A stretch of DNA of 64,000 nucleotides from a virus (Duplodnaviria; Caudoviricetes), in the IMG/VR virus record IMGVR_UViG_3300025016_000004. One strand, 5' to 3'. The translations under genes were made by a program, and so were the position numbers. Under the pieces are notes generated by a model, which saw only the letters and a program-made list of their open reading frames with translations, did no database searches and was not told where the DNA came from. This document shows, one piece after another, positions 43,278-53,740 of the stretch. Numbering within the stretch: the stretch's first letter is position 1; each line of letters begins with the position of its first letter.

Positions 43278-45140
43278 ATGCTTACAGCTGGTGAAGTATT
43301 AGAGGAATATGGTAAATGCCTAATGGACCCTTGCTATGCGATTACCGAATTTTTAAAAACATTCGATAAAACGCAAGAAGGTTTTGTGCCTTTTAAATTA
43401 TTCCCAAAACAAGTTGAAATTGTTGAAGCTTATAGAAATCATAGGTTCACAATGGTTACTAAACCTAGACAGGCTGGCGTATCTACTACAACAGCGGCCT
43501 ATGCTTCAGTTATATCAGTTTTTGCTGACCCTAACAACCCTGAACATATATTAATCCTTGCCAACAAACAAGACATGGCCTTTGAATTCTTGGATAAAAT
43601 TAAAGACTTTATTGTTCAATTTCCAAGATGGGTGTGGGGCTCTGATTATTATGGTACACCTGAAAAGGAAAGTAAATCAATATTCTCGACAGAATCTAAA
43701 AAAGAACTTAAATTACCTAACGGTAGTAGGATTAAAGCTGTTGCTACATCTAAAAACGCATTAAGGGGCTTCACACCTACTTGGTTAATTATGGATGAAG
43801 CTGCCTTCATCGATAATGGTGCGGTAACCTATACAACAGCGTTAACAGCTTTAGGTACTGGTGGTCGTGTTTCTTTAGTTTCTACACCTAACGGTTACGA
43901 TGAATTATATCATAAAACATATGAACAAGCAAAAAGTGGTGATAATGATTACCATGTAGTTGAAATGAAATGGTATCAAGACCCACGATACACCACAAAT
44001 CAAAATTCAAAACTAAGAGATTTAGTTTGGATTAATGAAGAAGATGAGACTGATATAATAAAAGAAGTTAAGTACATAAATTTCGGTGATTCTGAAGAAA
44101 CCGTTGAAGGTGTTTATGGTCATTATGAAGATATGATTAGAAAGGGTTATAAACCTAGTTCAAGTTGGTACGTTAGTATGTGTAGGGGTATGAACAATAA
44201 TAAACGTATGATTGCTCAAGAGCTTGATGTATCGTTTATTGGTTCTGGTGGTAACGTTATTGACACCAAAGATATTCAAAGACAGGAAAAATTATTTGTT
44301 ACTGAACCTAATTGGATTGAAAACGATGAGTTTGGTGAGATTTGGTTATGGGAAAAACCAATTGCTGGTCATCAATATATTTTATCTGCCGATGTTGCTA
44401 GAGGTGATGGGGAAGATTATTCAACCATTATCATATTAGATTTCACTACAATGACTCAAGTCATGGAATTTAGAGCTAAATTACAATCTGATTTATTAGG
44501 TTATGTAGTTGATAAATGGGCTAGAATTTATGAAGCTTTGGTTGTGGTTGATATTACTGGTGGTATTGGAGTTGGAACTGTTAATAAATGTATGGAAATT
44601 GGTACACCTAATTTATATTATGGTGAAACAACTAACAAACCACTTGATAAGAAAACTAATAAGGTTAAATTTGAGAGTGATGAAGGTAAGTATCCAGGTT
44701 TTAACTGTTCGGCTGGGCTTAGAACGCCAGTAGTTGCTCGTTTTGAAATGATGATTAGAACTATGGGTGTTAAAGTTCGTTCTAGGAGATTAATTTCAGA
44801 AATGAATACATTCGTATTTAAAAACGGTAGAGCTGACCATCAAGATGGATTTCACGATGATTTAATTATGGCTATGGCTTATGCATTGTGGGTAGCTGAA
44901 TATTCATTTAAAAAATTAGCTGTAGCTAAAGAGAAAACTAAAGCAATGTTAAGCGCATGGTCAATAAATAACGCTGGTAATAGAGCACCTAGTGATGGTT
45001 ATATTAGTGACGCTTTCATTTCTAAGACAGATAGACAGAAAAAAGTAACAGCTAAACAGCCTAAATTCACACCACAGGTTGCAAAAAATATGCAAGACCC
45101 TACAGGTAAATACATGTGGTTATTTAGTGGTAGTAGATAA
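43278..45140 (+). CDS. terL: terminase large subunit (T4 gp17-like)
   Basis: Q-motif LFPKQ, KPRQAGVST, WLIMDEAAF Walker B, STPNG, SADVARGDGEDYS RNase H, HDDLIMA. Confidence 0.93.
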   Translation: MLTAGEVLEEYGKCLMDPCYAITEFLKTFDKTQEGFVPFKLFPKQVEIVEAYRNHRFTMVTKPRQAGVSTTTAAYASVISVFADPNNPEHILILANKQDMAFEFLDKIKDFIVQFPRWVWGSDYYGTPEKESKSIFSTESKKELKLPNGSRIKAVATSKNALRGFTPTWLIMDEAAFIDNGAVTYTTALTALGTGGRVSLVSTPNGYDELYHKTYEQAKSGDNDYHVVEMKWYQDPRYTTNQNSKLRDLVWINEEDETDIIKEVKYINFGDSEETVEGVYGHYEDMIRKGYKPSSSWYVSMCRGMNNNKRMIAQELDVSFIGSGGNVIDTKDIQRQEKLFVTEPNWIENDEFGEIWLWEKPIAGHQYILSADVARGDGEDYSTIIILDFTTMTQVMEFRAKLQSDLLGYVVDKWARIYEALVVVDITGGIGVGTVNKCMEIGTPNLYYGETTNKPLDKKTNKVKFESDEGKYPGFNCSAGLRTPVVARFEMMIRTMGVKVRSRRLISEMNTFVFKNGRADHQDGFHDDLIMAMAYALWVAEYSFKKLAVAKEKTKAMLSAWSINNAGNRAPSDGYISDAFISKTDRQKKVTAKQPKFTPQVAKNMQDPTGKYMWLFSGSR

Positions 45141-45199
45141 TAAATAAATTACTATTGATTAATATCAAAAATTTAGTATAATATATAAAAGATTAAAAA

Positions 45200-48100
45200 A
45201 TGACACAACAAAAGTTAACAGTATTTCAAAAACTAGGTAATGTTTTTGGTAAAGATGGGTTAAACCCACATGTTAAAAAAACCAACAAATATTCGTTAGG
45301 TAATAGTGAGTTACTTAAAACTCAAGATAAAGGTGAGTTTGAAGTTGCTAAATTACAAGCGCAACAAAATAAGTATTTACTTAATCAATGGCAAAAAGTT
45401 GATGGTGAATTATATCAACAAGCTATCCATTATGAAACAACAAGAATTGGTTCATATTCTGATTTTGAAACTATGGAATTCTATCCAGAAATTTCAGCTA
45501 CTTTAGATATTTTCATGGAAGAATCAACAACACCAAATGATAAGGGTGATGTAATCAATGTATATTCAGGTAGTAAACGTGTTAAAAGAATATTGGAAGA
45601 TTTATTAATCAATAGATTAGATATTCACACATCTTTACCTATGTGGACCAGAAACCTTCCCGTAAGAGAGGATAGTATAATTCCATTATTGGATGGAACT
45701 GAGGTAACTATTAAAGATTTATCCAAAATAATTAAAAATGGTGAAGAAGTTTGGTCTTATGCAATTCAAGATAATACCAAGGCGATTGTACCAAGTAAAA
45801 TTATTTGGTGTGACCTTACAAGAAAGAATAGTGAATTATTTAGAGTGACCTTTGATGATGGGACGCATATTGATACCACACCAGACCATGAGTATATGCT
45901 TAGGGACGGTTCATTCAAGAGAGCTGACCAGTTGAGTAAGGGGCAGTCGTTGATGCCGTTTTATACTAGAAAAAGTGAAAAGAAAAAAGATTGCATAGAT
46001 GGTTATGAAAAAGTTTATAACCCATCAACTGGTAAGTATAAATTTACACATTCTATGGTTTCACATCAGTGTGTCCGAGATTTGGATTATGAAAAATCTA
46101 TTGGGTGTCAATTTGATACTCACCACGTAGATTTTAATAAATTGAATAATGACCCACGTAATTTAAATAGAATGACGCATTCTGACCACTTTAAATTACA
46201 TGTTAAACATTTTGATAAAATATTAGGTTCACCAGAGGTTATTAAAAAAAGAATGGATGGGATTGATAAATACTTAAGGTCTGATGAGAGAAAAGAACGA
46301 CTTTCTTTAGAAATGAGTGGAATTTACCCAAAATATTTCGAAGAATATAATAATAGTGAGTTACATAGCGAACATAATTTAACCAATTGGAAATCTGGTG
46401 AGTTCATACAAAAAACTAAAAAAGGTATGACGATTGAACTAACAGATGGGTGTTTAAATTATATTTCTGATTTAATTATTAAATCAGATAAATTCATCCC
46501 TATTAGTAAATTATCCAAATTATTAAAAGGTGATGATAAATTTATAGAATTATTTAAAATAAATTATAGATTAAGAAAGGATATTACTAAATCAATTAAC
46601 AAAACCACTTTAAATAAAAATTTAATTAGAAAGATTGGTTTGAATTACTTTGACTATGTATCATCAATTAACCCAAGTTTAGTGTTAGATAAGGGTTACA
46701 TAAAAGCTAAATCAATTAGTTTAGGTAGAAAAAAAGAAAAGGTTTTACTAAATCATAAAGTGGTTTCTGTTGTTAAATTAACTGAAACTTCTGATGTATA
46801 TTGTTTAGAGGCAGTTGGTCCAAATGGTGAAAGTGATAGACATAATTTCCCAATTTGTAGTAAAGATTCTAATAATCAACATACTAGAGGTGGTGTATTT
46901 TTGTCCAACTGTAAATATGGGGATAATTTTGTTCATTTAAATATAGACCAAACTGCTGGTATCATAGGTGCTAGACAATTACCTAATTTTGAGATAGAGC
47001 GTAGAGAAAATGATATTCAAGGTATTATATCACAATCTCAGTTAGAGGGGGTTAATGCTGATGAAGGTAAAAATAAAACTAGATTCTTTTGGAAGGGTAG
47101 GGATATTACATTTAATTCTTGGCAAATAGCTCACTTTAGATTATTAGGTGATGATAGAAAATTACCTTATGGAACTTGTTTAAAAGGTGATACTAGAATT
47201 AATACCATCGATGGGGTTAAAGAAATTTCGGAAATTAAAAAAGGTGATATAGTTTATAGTTTTAACATTAAGACACAGTCTATAGAATCATCACCAGTTT
47301 TAGATACGATAAATTCTGGTAAAAAAGAATGTTTTAGAATTGGTAGTAGACACAATTTTGTTGATGCCTCTAAAGAACATAAAATATTAATATTAGAAAA
47401 TGATGAGTTTATTTATAAAAATGTGTTAGATTTAAAATTAGGTGATTTATTAGTAATTAATAAAAATGAAAAAACTAAAGAACTTATTAAAATAGATAAA
47501 AGTAAACCAAATGATAATAAAAATGGGTGGTCTAATGATATGGATTTATTTCCAGATTATGTAAATGAAGATTTTGCACAATTATTTGGCTTTTTAATTG
47601 GCGATGGATGGGTAAATCACACAGTAAATACGGTATCTTTTGTCTTAGGTGAGGATGAAGAAACAAATGAATATTACATAAATTTATTAAAAAAATTCAG
47701 TGGTGGTAATCCTAGAGTTGTAAATAATGGTAATCAAGTAGTTTTATCATCTAAATTATTATCAACAATTTTAGAAAGGATGGGATTCAAAGGAAAGTCA
47801 TACGAAAAAAGATTACCAAAATGGATTTACAATACAACCCCTGAAATACAAAAATCATTACTAGCTGGTTTAATGGATGCCGATGGTTGGTGGACTAAAG
47901 ATGAGTGGGTTGTTGGTTGTCATATTGAATTGAATAATGAACAATTAATTAAAGATTTAAAGATATTATTACAACGAATTGGTTATAAGTCTGGGTCAAT
48001 TAGAAGTAGGGTTAGAAAATCCCCAATTATTGAAGGTCGTGAAATTAAAAATGTTAGAGAAAGTTTTATGATAACATTTTTTGATTCATATTTAACCCAA

Positions 48101-49531
48101 ATGAAAAAATATGAAAATAGTAATAGGTTATTGGATAACTATATATTAGAGCCGATTACTATAATTGAAAGTATTGGTGAATTTGAGACATTCGATATTT
48201 ATGTGGAAAATGAAAATCATAATTTTTATGCTAATAATATTGTGGTTCATAATAGTTTCTTAGAAAAAGCAAGACGTATCTGGAAACAATTGATATTGGC
48301 TGAAGATGCTATGCTTGTTTATCGTGTAACTAGAGCACCAGAAAGACGTGTATATAAAATATTTGTTGGTAACATTGATAATGAGGATATTCCTGCTTAC
48401 GTAGATGAAATTGCAAATAGATTTAAACGTTCTCCACTTATTGACCCACAAACTGGTCAAATGGATTTAAGATACAATCAATTAGGTATTGACCAAGATA
48501 TTTTCGTTCCAACAAGAAGTGAAGATGCGGCCACACCAATTGATACCCTTCCAGGTGCGCAAAACTTAGACCAAATCGCTGATATTGAATACTTACAAAG
48601 AAAATTATTCACAGCGTTAAGAGTTCCAAAAACATTTTTAGGTTTTGAGGAACCAACAGGTGAGGGTAAAAACCTTGCATTGCAAGATATTAGATTCTCA
48701 AGAACTATAAACAGAATTCAACAAGCAATGCTTCACGAATTAAATAAAATTGCGATTATCCATTTATACTTAATGGGCTTCCATGATGATATAGATAATT
48801 TCACATTAACGCTTAATAACCCATCAACTCAAGCTGAAATGCTTAAGATTGAACATACTGCGGCTAAAGTAACTCTTTACAAAGATGCTGTAGCTGATGC
48901 TGGTAACGGTTTTGGTGCTATGTCAATGACTAGAGCTAAAAGAGAAATCTTAGGTTGGAGTGATGATGAAATTAAGCAAGATTTACTTGAACAAAGAATT
49001 GAAAAGGCTGCGGCTGCTGAATTAGAAAACACTGCTAATGTAATTAAAAATACTGGTGTATTTGATAGAGTAGATAGAGTTTATGGTGATATGGAAATGG
49101 CTAAAATCGGTGGTCAAGTTGATGAAGAAGGTAATGCTGCTGGTGAATCTGGTGGTAGTGCTGGAGGTGGTGGCGGCTTTGGTGGCGGCTTCGATGCTGG
49201 TGAATTAGATTTGGGTGATGAAGAAATTGATACTGAAGGTGAAGAAGGGTTAGGTGAAATTGGGGGTGAAGAAGGATTAGGTGGACCTGAAGCTGGACCT
49301 GAAGATACTACAACTGAAGAAGGTACAACTAAAAAAGGTAGATTAATCAATGAAACGGTTAATAAAAAACCTAAAGACATTTCTACTAAAAAGTACTTAG
49401 AACTGTTAAATGAAAGTGTTAGTGAAGATGATAAGAACAACAACGAAATCACTAAGATTTACGATAAATCCATCAAATTTAATGATGATTTAAATTCAAT
49501 GATTAATGAAATAGATTCGAAATTGGGATAA
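45200..49531 (+). CDS. portal protein (T4 gp20-like) with two inteins
   Basis: Exteins YPEISATLDI, WTRNL|CKYGDNF, IAHFRLLGD..LPYGT|SFLEKARRIWKQL..AEDAM..YR..RAPERR, LPGAQNL. Confidence 0.93.
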   Translation: MTQQKLTVFQKLGNVFGKDGLNPHVKKTNKYSLGNSELLKTQDKGEFEVAKLQAQQNKYLLNQWQKVDGELYQQAIHYETTRIGSYSDFETMEFYPEISATLDIFMEESTTPNDKGDVINVYSGSKRVKRILEDLLINRLDIHTSLPMWTRNLPVREDSIIPLLDGTEVTIKDLSKIIKNGEEVWSYAIQDNTKAIVPSKIIWCDLTRKNSELFRVTFDDGTHIDTTPDHEYMLRDGSFKRADQLSKGQSLMPFYTRKSEKKKDCIDGYEKVYNPSTGKYKFTHSMVSHQCVRDLDYEKSIGCQFDTHHVDFNKLNNDPRNLNRMTHSDHFKLHVKHFDKILGSPEVIKKRMDGIDKYLRSDERKERLSLEMSGIYPKYFEEYNNSELHSEHNLTNWKSGEFIQKTKKGMTIELTDGCLNYISDLIIKSDKFIPISKLSKLLKGDDKFIELFKINYRLRKDITKSINKTTLNKNLIRKIGLNYFDYVSSINPSLVLDKGYIKAKSISLGRKKEKVLLNHKVVSVVKLTETSDVYCLEAVGPNGESDRHNFPICSKDSNNQHTRGGVFLSNCKYGDNFVHLNIDQTAGIIGARQLPNFEIERRENDIQGIISQSQLEGVNADEGKNKTRFFWKGRDITFNSWQIAHFRLLGDDRKLPYGTCLKGDTRINTIDGVKEISEIKKGDIVYSFNIKTQSIESSPVLDTINSGKKECFRIGSRHNFVDASKEHKILILENDEFIYKNVLDLKLGDLLVINKNEKTKELIKIDKSKPNDNKNGWSNDMDLFPDYVNEDFAQLFGFLIGDGWVNHTVNTVSFVLGEDEETNEYYINLLKKFSGGNPRVVNNGNQVVLSSKLLSTILERMGFKGKSYEKRLPKWIYNTTPEIQKSLLAGLMDADGWWTKDEWVVGCHIELNNEQLIKDLKILLQRIGYKSGSIRSRVRKSPIIEGREIKNVRESFMITFFDSYLTQMKKYENSNRLLDNYILEPITIIESIGEFETFDIYVENENHNFYANNIVVHNSFLEKARRIWKQLILAEDAMLVYRVTRAPERRVYKIFVGNIDNEDIPAYVDEIANRFKRSPLIDPQTGQMDLRYNQLGIDQDIFVPTRSEDAATPIDTLPGAQNLDQIADIEYLQRKLFTALRVPKTFLGFEEPTGEGKNLALQDIRFSRTINRIQQAMLHELNKIAIIHLYLMGFHDDIDNFTLTLNNPSTQAEMLKIEHTAAKVTLYKDAVADAGNGFGAMSMTRAKREILGWSDDEIKQDLLEQRIEKAAAAELENTANVIKNTGVFDRVDRVYGDMEMAKIGGQVDEEGNAAGESGGSAGGGGGFGGGFDAGELDLGDEEIDTEGEEGLGEIGGEEGLGGPEAGPEDTTTEEGTTKKGRLINETVNKKPKDISTKKYLELLNESVSEDDKNNNEITKIYDKSIKFNDDLNSMINEIDSKLG
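45659..46909 (+). mobile_element. non-canonical intein (417 aa): Pro1, block-F Cys, HNH endonuclease insert
   Basis: PVREDSIIPLLDG aligns to CLxxDTxIPLLDG; TTPDH block B; THHVDFNKLNNDPRNL HNH; VYCLE; ends FLSN, +1 Cys. Confidence 0.85.
47177..48253 (+). mobile_element. intein (359 aa) with LAGLIDADG endonuclease
   Basis: CLKGDT, ASKEH, FGFLIGDG and LAGLMDADG, FDIYV, VVHN, +1 Ser. Confidence 0.95.
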
Positions 49532-49579
49532 TAATTGTTTTTATATTAATTATAACATATTTATTATAAAAAAGGAACA

Positions 49580-50359
49580 ATGCAAAATTTTGGACAAATA
49601 AATGAGACTTTTAAGAATATACTAGTTGATAGTATAATCACAAAAGACAAAAAAGGTAAAAGTGTTTTCAAAGCTTATGTTAAAGCTTTGAAAGAAAACA
49701 AAATATTAAAAACCCAATATTCGGTTTACCAAAAATTAGAAAATAAAGTCAATGTTGCTAACGAAGAAGAACGTTCAGCAATATTTGTTGAAGAGTGTAT
49801 TTCTATGTTACAAAAATTAGGTAGAGATAATATAGTTGAAACTAACAATAAATTGGTTAATTTTCTAAAGAAAAATGGTTATAAGGTTTATGCTGATGAA
49901 TATGATTTCAAATCACTTCATGAGCATATAAACAATGTGGCTTTTTTAGAAAGAAATGTTAAAAATGTTAATACTATAGTTGAATCTAAAATGTTCATTA
50001 AAAGCTTTTCAAATTTAACTGAGAAAAAAGAATATAAAGTGGTTGAGCCTTATTCAAATAAAATGCTATTACCATTATTGAAGAATAAATTCAATGAAAA
50101 ATACGCTAATTTAAGTGAATTAGAAAAGAAAGTAATTAAATTAAGTATTAATGGTACGGATAGTGATAAAAAGGAATTATATTCTGGAACTATTAAAGAA
50201 TGTGTAGCGTTGGTAAATGAACAACTTAAAGAATGTTCTATAAACCAAAAAGACACTTTATTACAAGTAAAAGATAAGTTATTAAGATATAACTTTAATT
50301 TAGATAACTTTGCATCAGAAATGAGTGAAATGAATTATTTAAAAACAACATTAAATTAA
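49580..50359 (+). CDS. helical head-module protein
   Basis: 259 aa between portal and protease; late-type motif. Confidence 0.75.
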   Translation: MQNFGQINETFKNILVDSIITKDKKGKSVFKAYVKALKENKILKTQYSVYQKLENKVNVANEEERSAIFVEECISMLQKLGRDNIVETNNKLVNFLKKNGYKVYADEYDFKSLHEHINNVAFLERNVKNVNTIVESKMFIKSFSNLTEKKEYKVVEPYSNKMLLPLLKNKFNEKYANLSELEKKVIKLSINGTDSDKKELYSGTIKECVALVNEQLKECSINQKDTLLQVKDKLLRYNFNLDNFASEMSEMNYLKTTLN

Positions 50360-50362
50360 AAA

Positions 50363-50659
50363 ATGAATTTTTTATTACAAACTGGTGTTGCGCCAGAAAT
50401 ACTATCTTGGCTAGTACAACAAGCACCAGTTATTGTTGTAATGGGAGCTGCTATTTATTGGTTAGCTAAAAAATTAAATAAAGCTGAAACTGATAAAGAC
50501 GATTTAGCAAAAGATGTTATCAAATTAACAACTTTATGGGAAGAAAAAAGTGATAAAATTGATGCTAAAAGTGATAAAATCGATGAACGTAATCTAAAAC
50601 TAACTGAACAGATTTTAGAATTACTTCGGGATATTAAATTAATAGTGAGTAAACAATAA
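50363..50659 (+). CDS. single-TM coiled-coil protein, holin-like (BhlA/UviB type, tentative)
   Basis: One N-terminal TM then charged helix. Confidence 0.45.
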   Translation: MNFLLQTGVAPEILSWLVQQAPVIVVMGAAIYWLAKKLNKAETDKDDLAKDVIKLTTLWEEKSDKIDAKSDKIDERNLKLTEQILELLRDIKLIVSKQ

Positions 50660-50660
50660 A

Positions 50661-51161
50661 ATGAAAAGTATAATCGATAGATTTTTTCCAGAGAAAAACG
50701 AAAATTACACAAAAGCTATATATGGTCTTGCAAACTTTAAGAAAAGTTTTGATGGTTTCGTTATTGCATTTCCAGATATAACTCCTAATGAAATTATGTT
50801 TGTTAAGGAGAAATGGGAAGAGTTACCTAAAAGTATTTCTAATGGTGTTAAAATTATGGCACTTAGTTTTATTGATGATTATAAAACACTATTGACTTCT
50901 TATAACCCTAATTCTTATGTTATGCCACACAAACATGATGAAGAATTTGAATACGGTTTAGTTATTAAAGGTGAATTGATTGATAAGTTTACAGGCAATC
51001 GTTACAAGGTTGGTGATAGATATGAGTTTGAACCAAAACAACTACACTATTTATGTTCAACCCAAAGAGGTTGTTTGGTATATTCTACATTAAGTGTTAA
51101 TAGCGGGCCAGACGAATTACCAATAACAAAAGACGTAAAAAAAATACTTTCTTACATATAA
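50661..51161 (+). CDS. cupin-domain protein
   Basis: PHKHDEEFEYGLVIKGEL and GD...FEPKQLH. Confidence 0.7.
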   Translation: MKSIIDRFFPEKNENYTKAIYGLANFKKSFDGFVIAFPDITPNEIMFVKEKWEELPKSISNGVKIMALSFIDDYKTLLTSYNPNSYVMPHKHDEEFEYGLVIKGELIDKFTGNRYKVGDRYEFEPKQLHYLCSTQRGCLVYSTLSVNSGPDELPITKDVKKILSYI

Positions 51162-51247
51162 CTAGCATATTTTCAGTCGTTAACAACTATTACTAAATTA
51201 TAAATACCTGGTTTTATGGTCGTTAGACCACTTGACTTTTAGCCAAG

Positions 51248-51733
51248 ATGTCGTATATTTGTAGCATGAGATATAATAGAGGAACAGAAGTAACATTAGA
51301 CAAGTTTAAATCATTAAACGTTGTTATTGGGTCAATTGATAAGTATAACCCAAAAACTTTATACATTAGAATTAGTGGTTGGGGTAACCCAATTAATTAT
51401 TATGAAAATAATGACTATAAAGTCATAATAAGAAATTTCGATAAAAAAATTAGAAGTTGTTTATTTAGAGAATTAAACTCAGATTTTAATAAAACCATGA
51501 CTATGGTTGATTTAGATATGAGGGATTCTGGCATTGTTGATAATAAATCCAGTTTCATGAGTTGCGAAATAACCTTATTTCAAACAAATAATTATTTGTT
51601 AGATTCTGAAGATATATCTAAAGAACTTAATCGGGTAATTAAACTTGTATTAAAGGATGTATTCGAAAATAACAATCATTTCAAATTTTTTAAGAAAAAA
51701 AAGTCAGCAAAAGAATTATTAATTAAAGCCTAA
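51248..51733 (+). CDS. hypothetical protein
   Basis: 161 aa; terminator-like hairpin 51727-51754. Confidence 0.7.
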   Translation: MSYICSMRYNRGTEVTLDKFKSLNVVIGSIDKYNPKTLYIRISGWGNPINYYENNDYKVIIRNFDKKIRSCLFRELNSDFNKTMTMVDLDMRDSGIVDNKSSFMSCEITLFQTNNYLLDSEDISKELNRVIKLVLKDVFENNNHFKFFKKKKSAKELLIKA

Positions 51734-51790
51734 TCATAAAGATTAGGTTTTTTTATGTTTATTAGCATATTTATTGAGAAAGAGTATAAT

Positions 51791-53605
51791 ATGTCAGATG
51801 AATATAAAATAATTAGAGGGGGTAAAACTGGTACGGGTTTACTTATAGAGGGTGACGCTGGTTTTATCGAACCTAATGATTTAAGAAATAGACCATTCAT
51901 TAATGAGGTTAGTAAGATAGGTAGTACTAGTCAAATTATGATTGAACCCCTTATATTATTTGTTGTATTACAAAAATATGGAGTTGAGAATAGAAACGGT
52001 AGAATTTACCCAGAACACATATTAAAGAGAGAAGCTAAAAACTACGAAGAGCTTATCAGAAATAGATTGGCCATTGGCGAATGCGTTCCAAAGGGTACTG
52101 AAATTTTCACGGAAAATGGTTGGGTAGAAATTCAAGATATGAATGTTGGTGATAATATATTCACTTTAAATGTCGAAAATAATCAATTGGAGATACAACC
52201 AGTTATTAGAACTACCAATAAGAAATATGAGGATGATATGATTCATATATATAATTCATCATCATTGGATATGTTAGTAACTAAAAAACATAAAATAGTT
52301 TTATGGGATAGAAATGATAAACCATACATATTAACCGCTGAAGAATTATATGATAAAATAAATAAAAATGATTCTAGAATATCACATTCATATATTAGAA
52401 ATTCTGGTGAATGGGTTGGTGATGATGTTACACATATTAACATACCTAACTCTAATTATTCAATTGATGCAGAATTATGGGCGAAATTTTTAGGTATATT
52501 CCTAGCCGATGGTCATTGTTCTGGAACTAGAGGTGGTCAAATAAAAAATGCTGTTATTATTACTCAAGTAAAAGATAAATCATCTTTAAAGGTTATTGAA
52601 ATGTTAGATGAATTACCTTTTGAATATTCAATTAGTGATGATAGACAATATATAATTTATGATGAAGCATTACATAAATTTTTATTTGAATTAGGTAATT
52701 CAGAGGAAAAATTTATACCTAACTACGCTAAAAATTGGAATGTTGGGTTATTAAACACTCTATTAGATTGGATGCTTTTGGGTGATGGTAGGAATAGAAC
52801 TGACAGAAATGGTAACTTGATGAAAGAATATTATACGATTTCAGATAAACTTTCGGAAGATGTTTTTGAGGTTATGCTCAAAATATCAAATGGTGCGACA
52901 TTTAACAAACGAATTCAAGAAGATAGGTATATTACCGACACTAAATTTATTACTGAAGAAGTTGAAGTTGATGGGATGTTAGAGTTAATTAAAAGGGAAG
53001 TTAAAGTTAAAAGATTAATTAAAGCTATTAATTCAAAACCTTTACATATAATATCAGAAAGACGTGCTAAAGGTATCACGTTAGATACTAGATTTACTAA
53101 AGCTGAAAAAGTACCGTTTAATGATAATGTTTATTGTGTTACAGTTAACAATGGAACTTGGTTAATGAGATATAATGGGAAAATTTCTTGGACACATAAT
53201 AGTGACCACCCAGAATCATCAGTAATTTCAAACAGTAGAGTTTCACACGAAATCAAAAAAATTTGGTGGGAAGGTCATACGCTTGTTGGTGAAATAGAAA
53301 TCATTATGTCACCTGGTTTTATCAATCAAGGAATCATTTCTTGTGAAGGTGACCAAATAGCTAATATGCTAAGAAAAGGAATTCGTGTTGGTGTATCTTC
53401 AAGAGGTGTTGGTTCACTAGAAGAAGTTGCTGGTAAATTATTGGTGCAAGATGATTTTGAATTAATTTGTTGGGATATTGTGACTAGTCCTAGTACTCCA
53501 GGCTCATATATGTTTAACAAAAGGTCTGACGCTCAGCCATTTATGGAAGGTGAAGAAAAGGGAAAAGACCTATTAATAGATAAATTAAATAAATTTTTAC
53601 TATAA
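51791..53605 (+). CDS. prohead protease (T4 gp21-like) with intein
   Basis: ENRNGRIYP, AIGE|SDHP, VGVSSRGVGS, FELICWDIV..PST. Confidence 0.93.
   Translation: MSDEYKIIRGGKTGTGLLIEGDAGFIEPNDLRNRPFINEVSKIGSTSQIMIEPLILFVVLQKYGVENRNGRIYPEHILKREAKNYEELIRNRLAIGECVPKGTEIFTENGWVEIQDMNVGDNIFTLNVENNQLEIQPVIRTTNKKYEDDMIHIYNSSSLDMLVTKKHKIVLWDRNDKPYILTAEELYDKINKNDSRISHSYIRNSGEWVGDDVTHINIPNSNYSIDAELWAKFLGIFLADGHCSGTRGGQIKNAVIITQVKDKSSLKVIEMLDELPFEYSISDDRQYIIYDEALHKFLFELGNSEEKFIPNYAKNWNVGLLNTLLDWMLLGDGRNRTDRNGNLMKEYYTISDKLSEDVFEVMLKISNGATFNKRIQEDRYITDTKFITEEVEVDGMLELIKREVKVKRLIKAINSKPLHIISERRAKGITLDTRFTKAEKVPFNDNVYCVTVNNGTWLMRYNGKISWTHNSDHPESSVISNSRVSHEIKKIWWEGHTLVGEIEIIMSPGFINQGIISCEGDQIANMLRKGIRVGVSSRGVGSLEEVAGKLLVQDDFELICWDIVTSPSTPGSYMFNKRSDAQPFMEGEEKGKDLLIDKLNKFLL
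52082..53200 (+). mobile_element. intein (373 aa) with LAGLIDADG-type domain
   Basis: CVPKGTEIFTENGW, VTKKH, FLGIFLADG and MLLGDG, VYCVTV, WTHN, +1 Ser. Confidence 0.93.
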
Positions 53606-53740
53606 ATATTTTTAATAAATTACGAAAATTTAAGTTTTTTTTACTTAAATCAGGTATTTTAAGAAAATAACACATATTTATTAAGTAAACGTATGATTTT
53701 TATTATACACAATTATAAAACAGCTTAAAAAACAAAAGAA

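Noticed and set aside
43458-43490. Terminase Walker A without the usual GKT (KPRQAGVST)
   Set aside because: T4-like large terminases have deviant Walker A motifs; Walker B and nuclease motifs are intact
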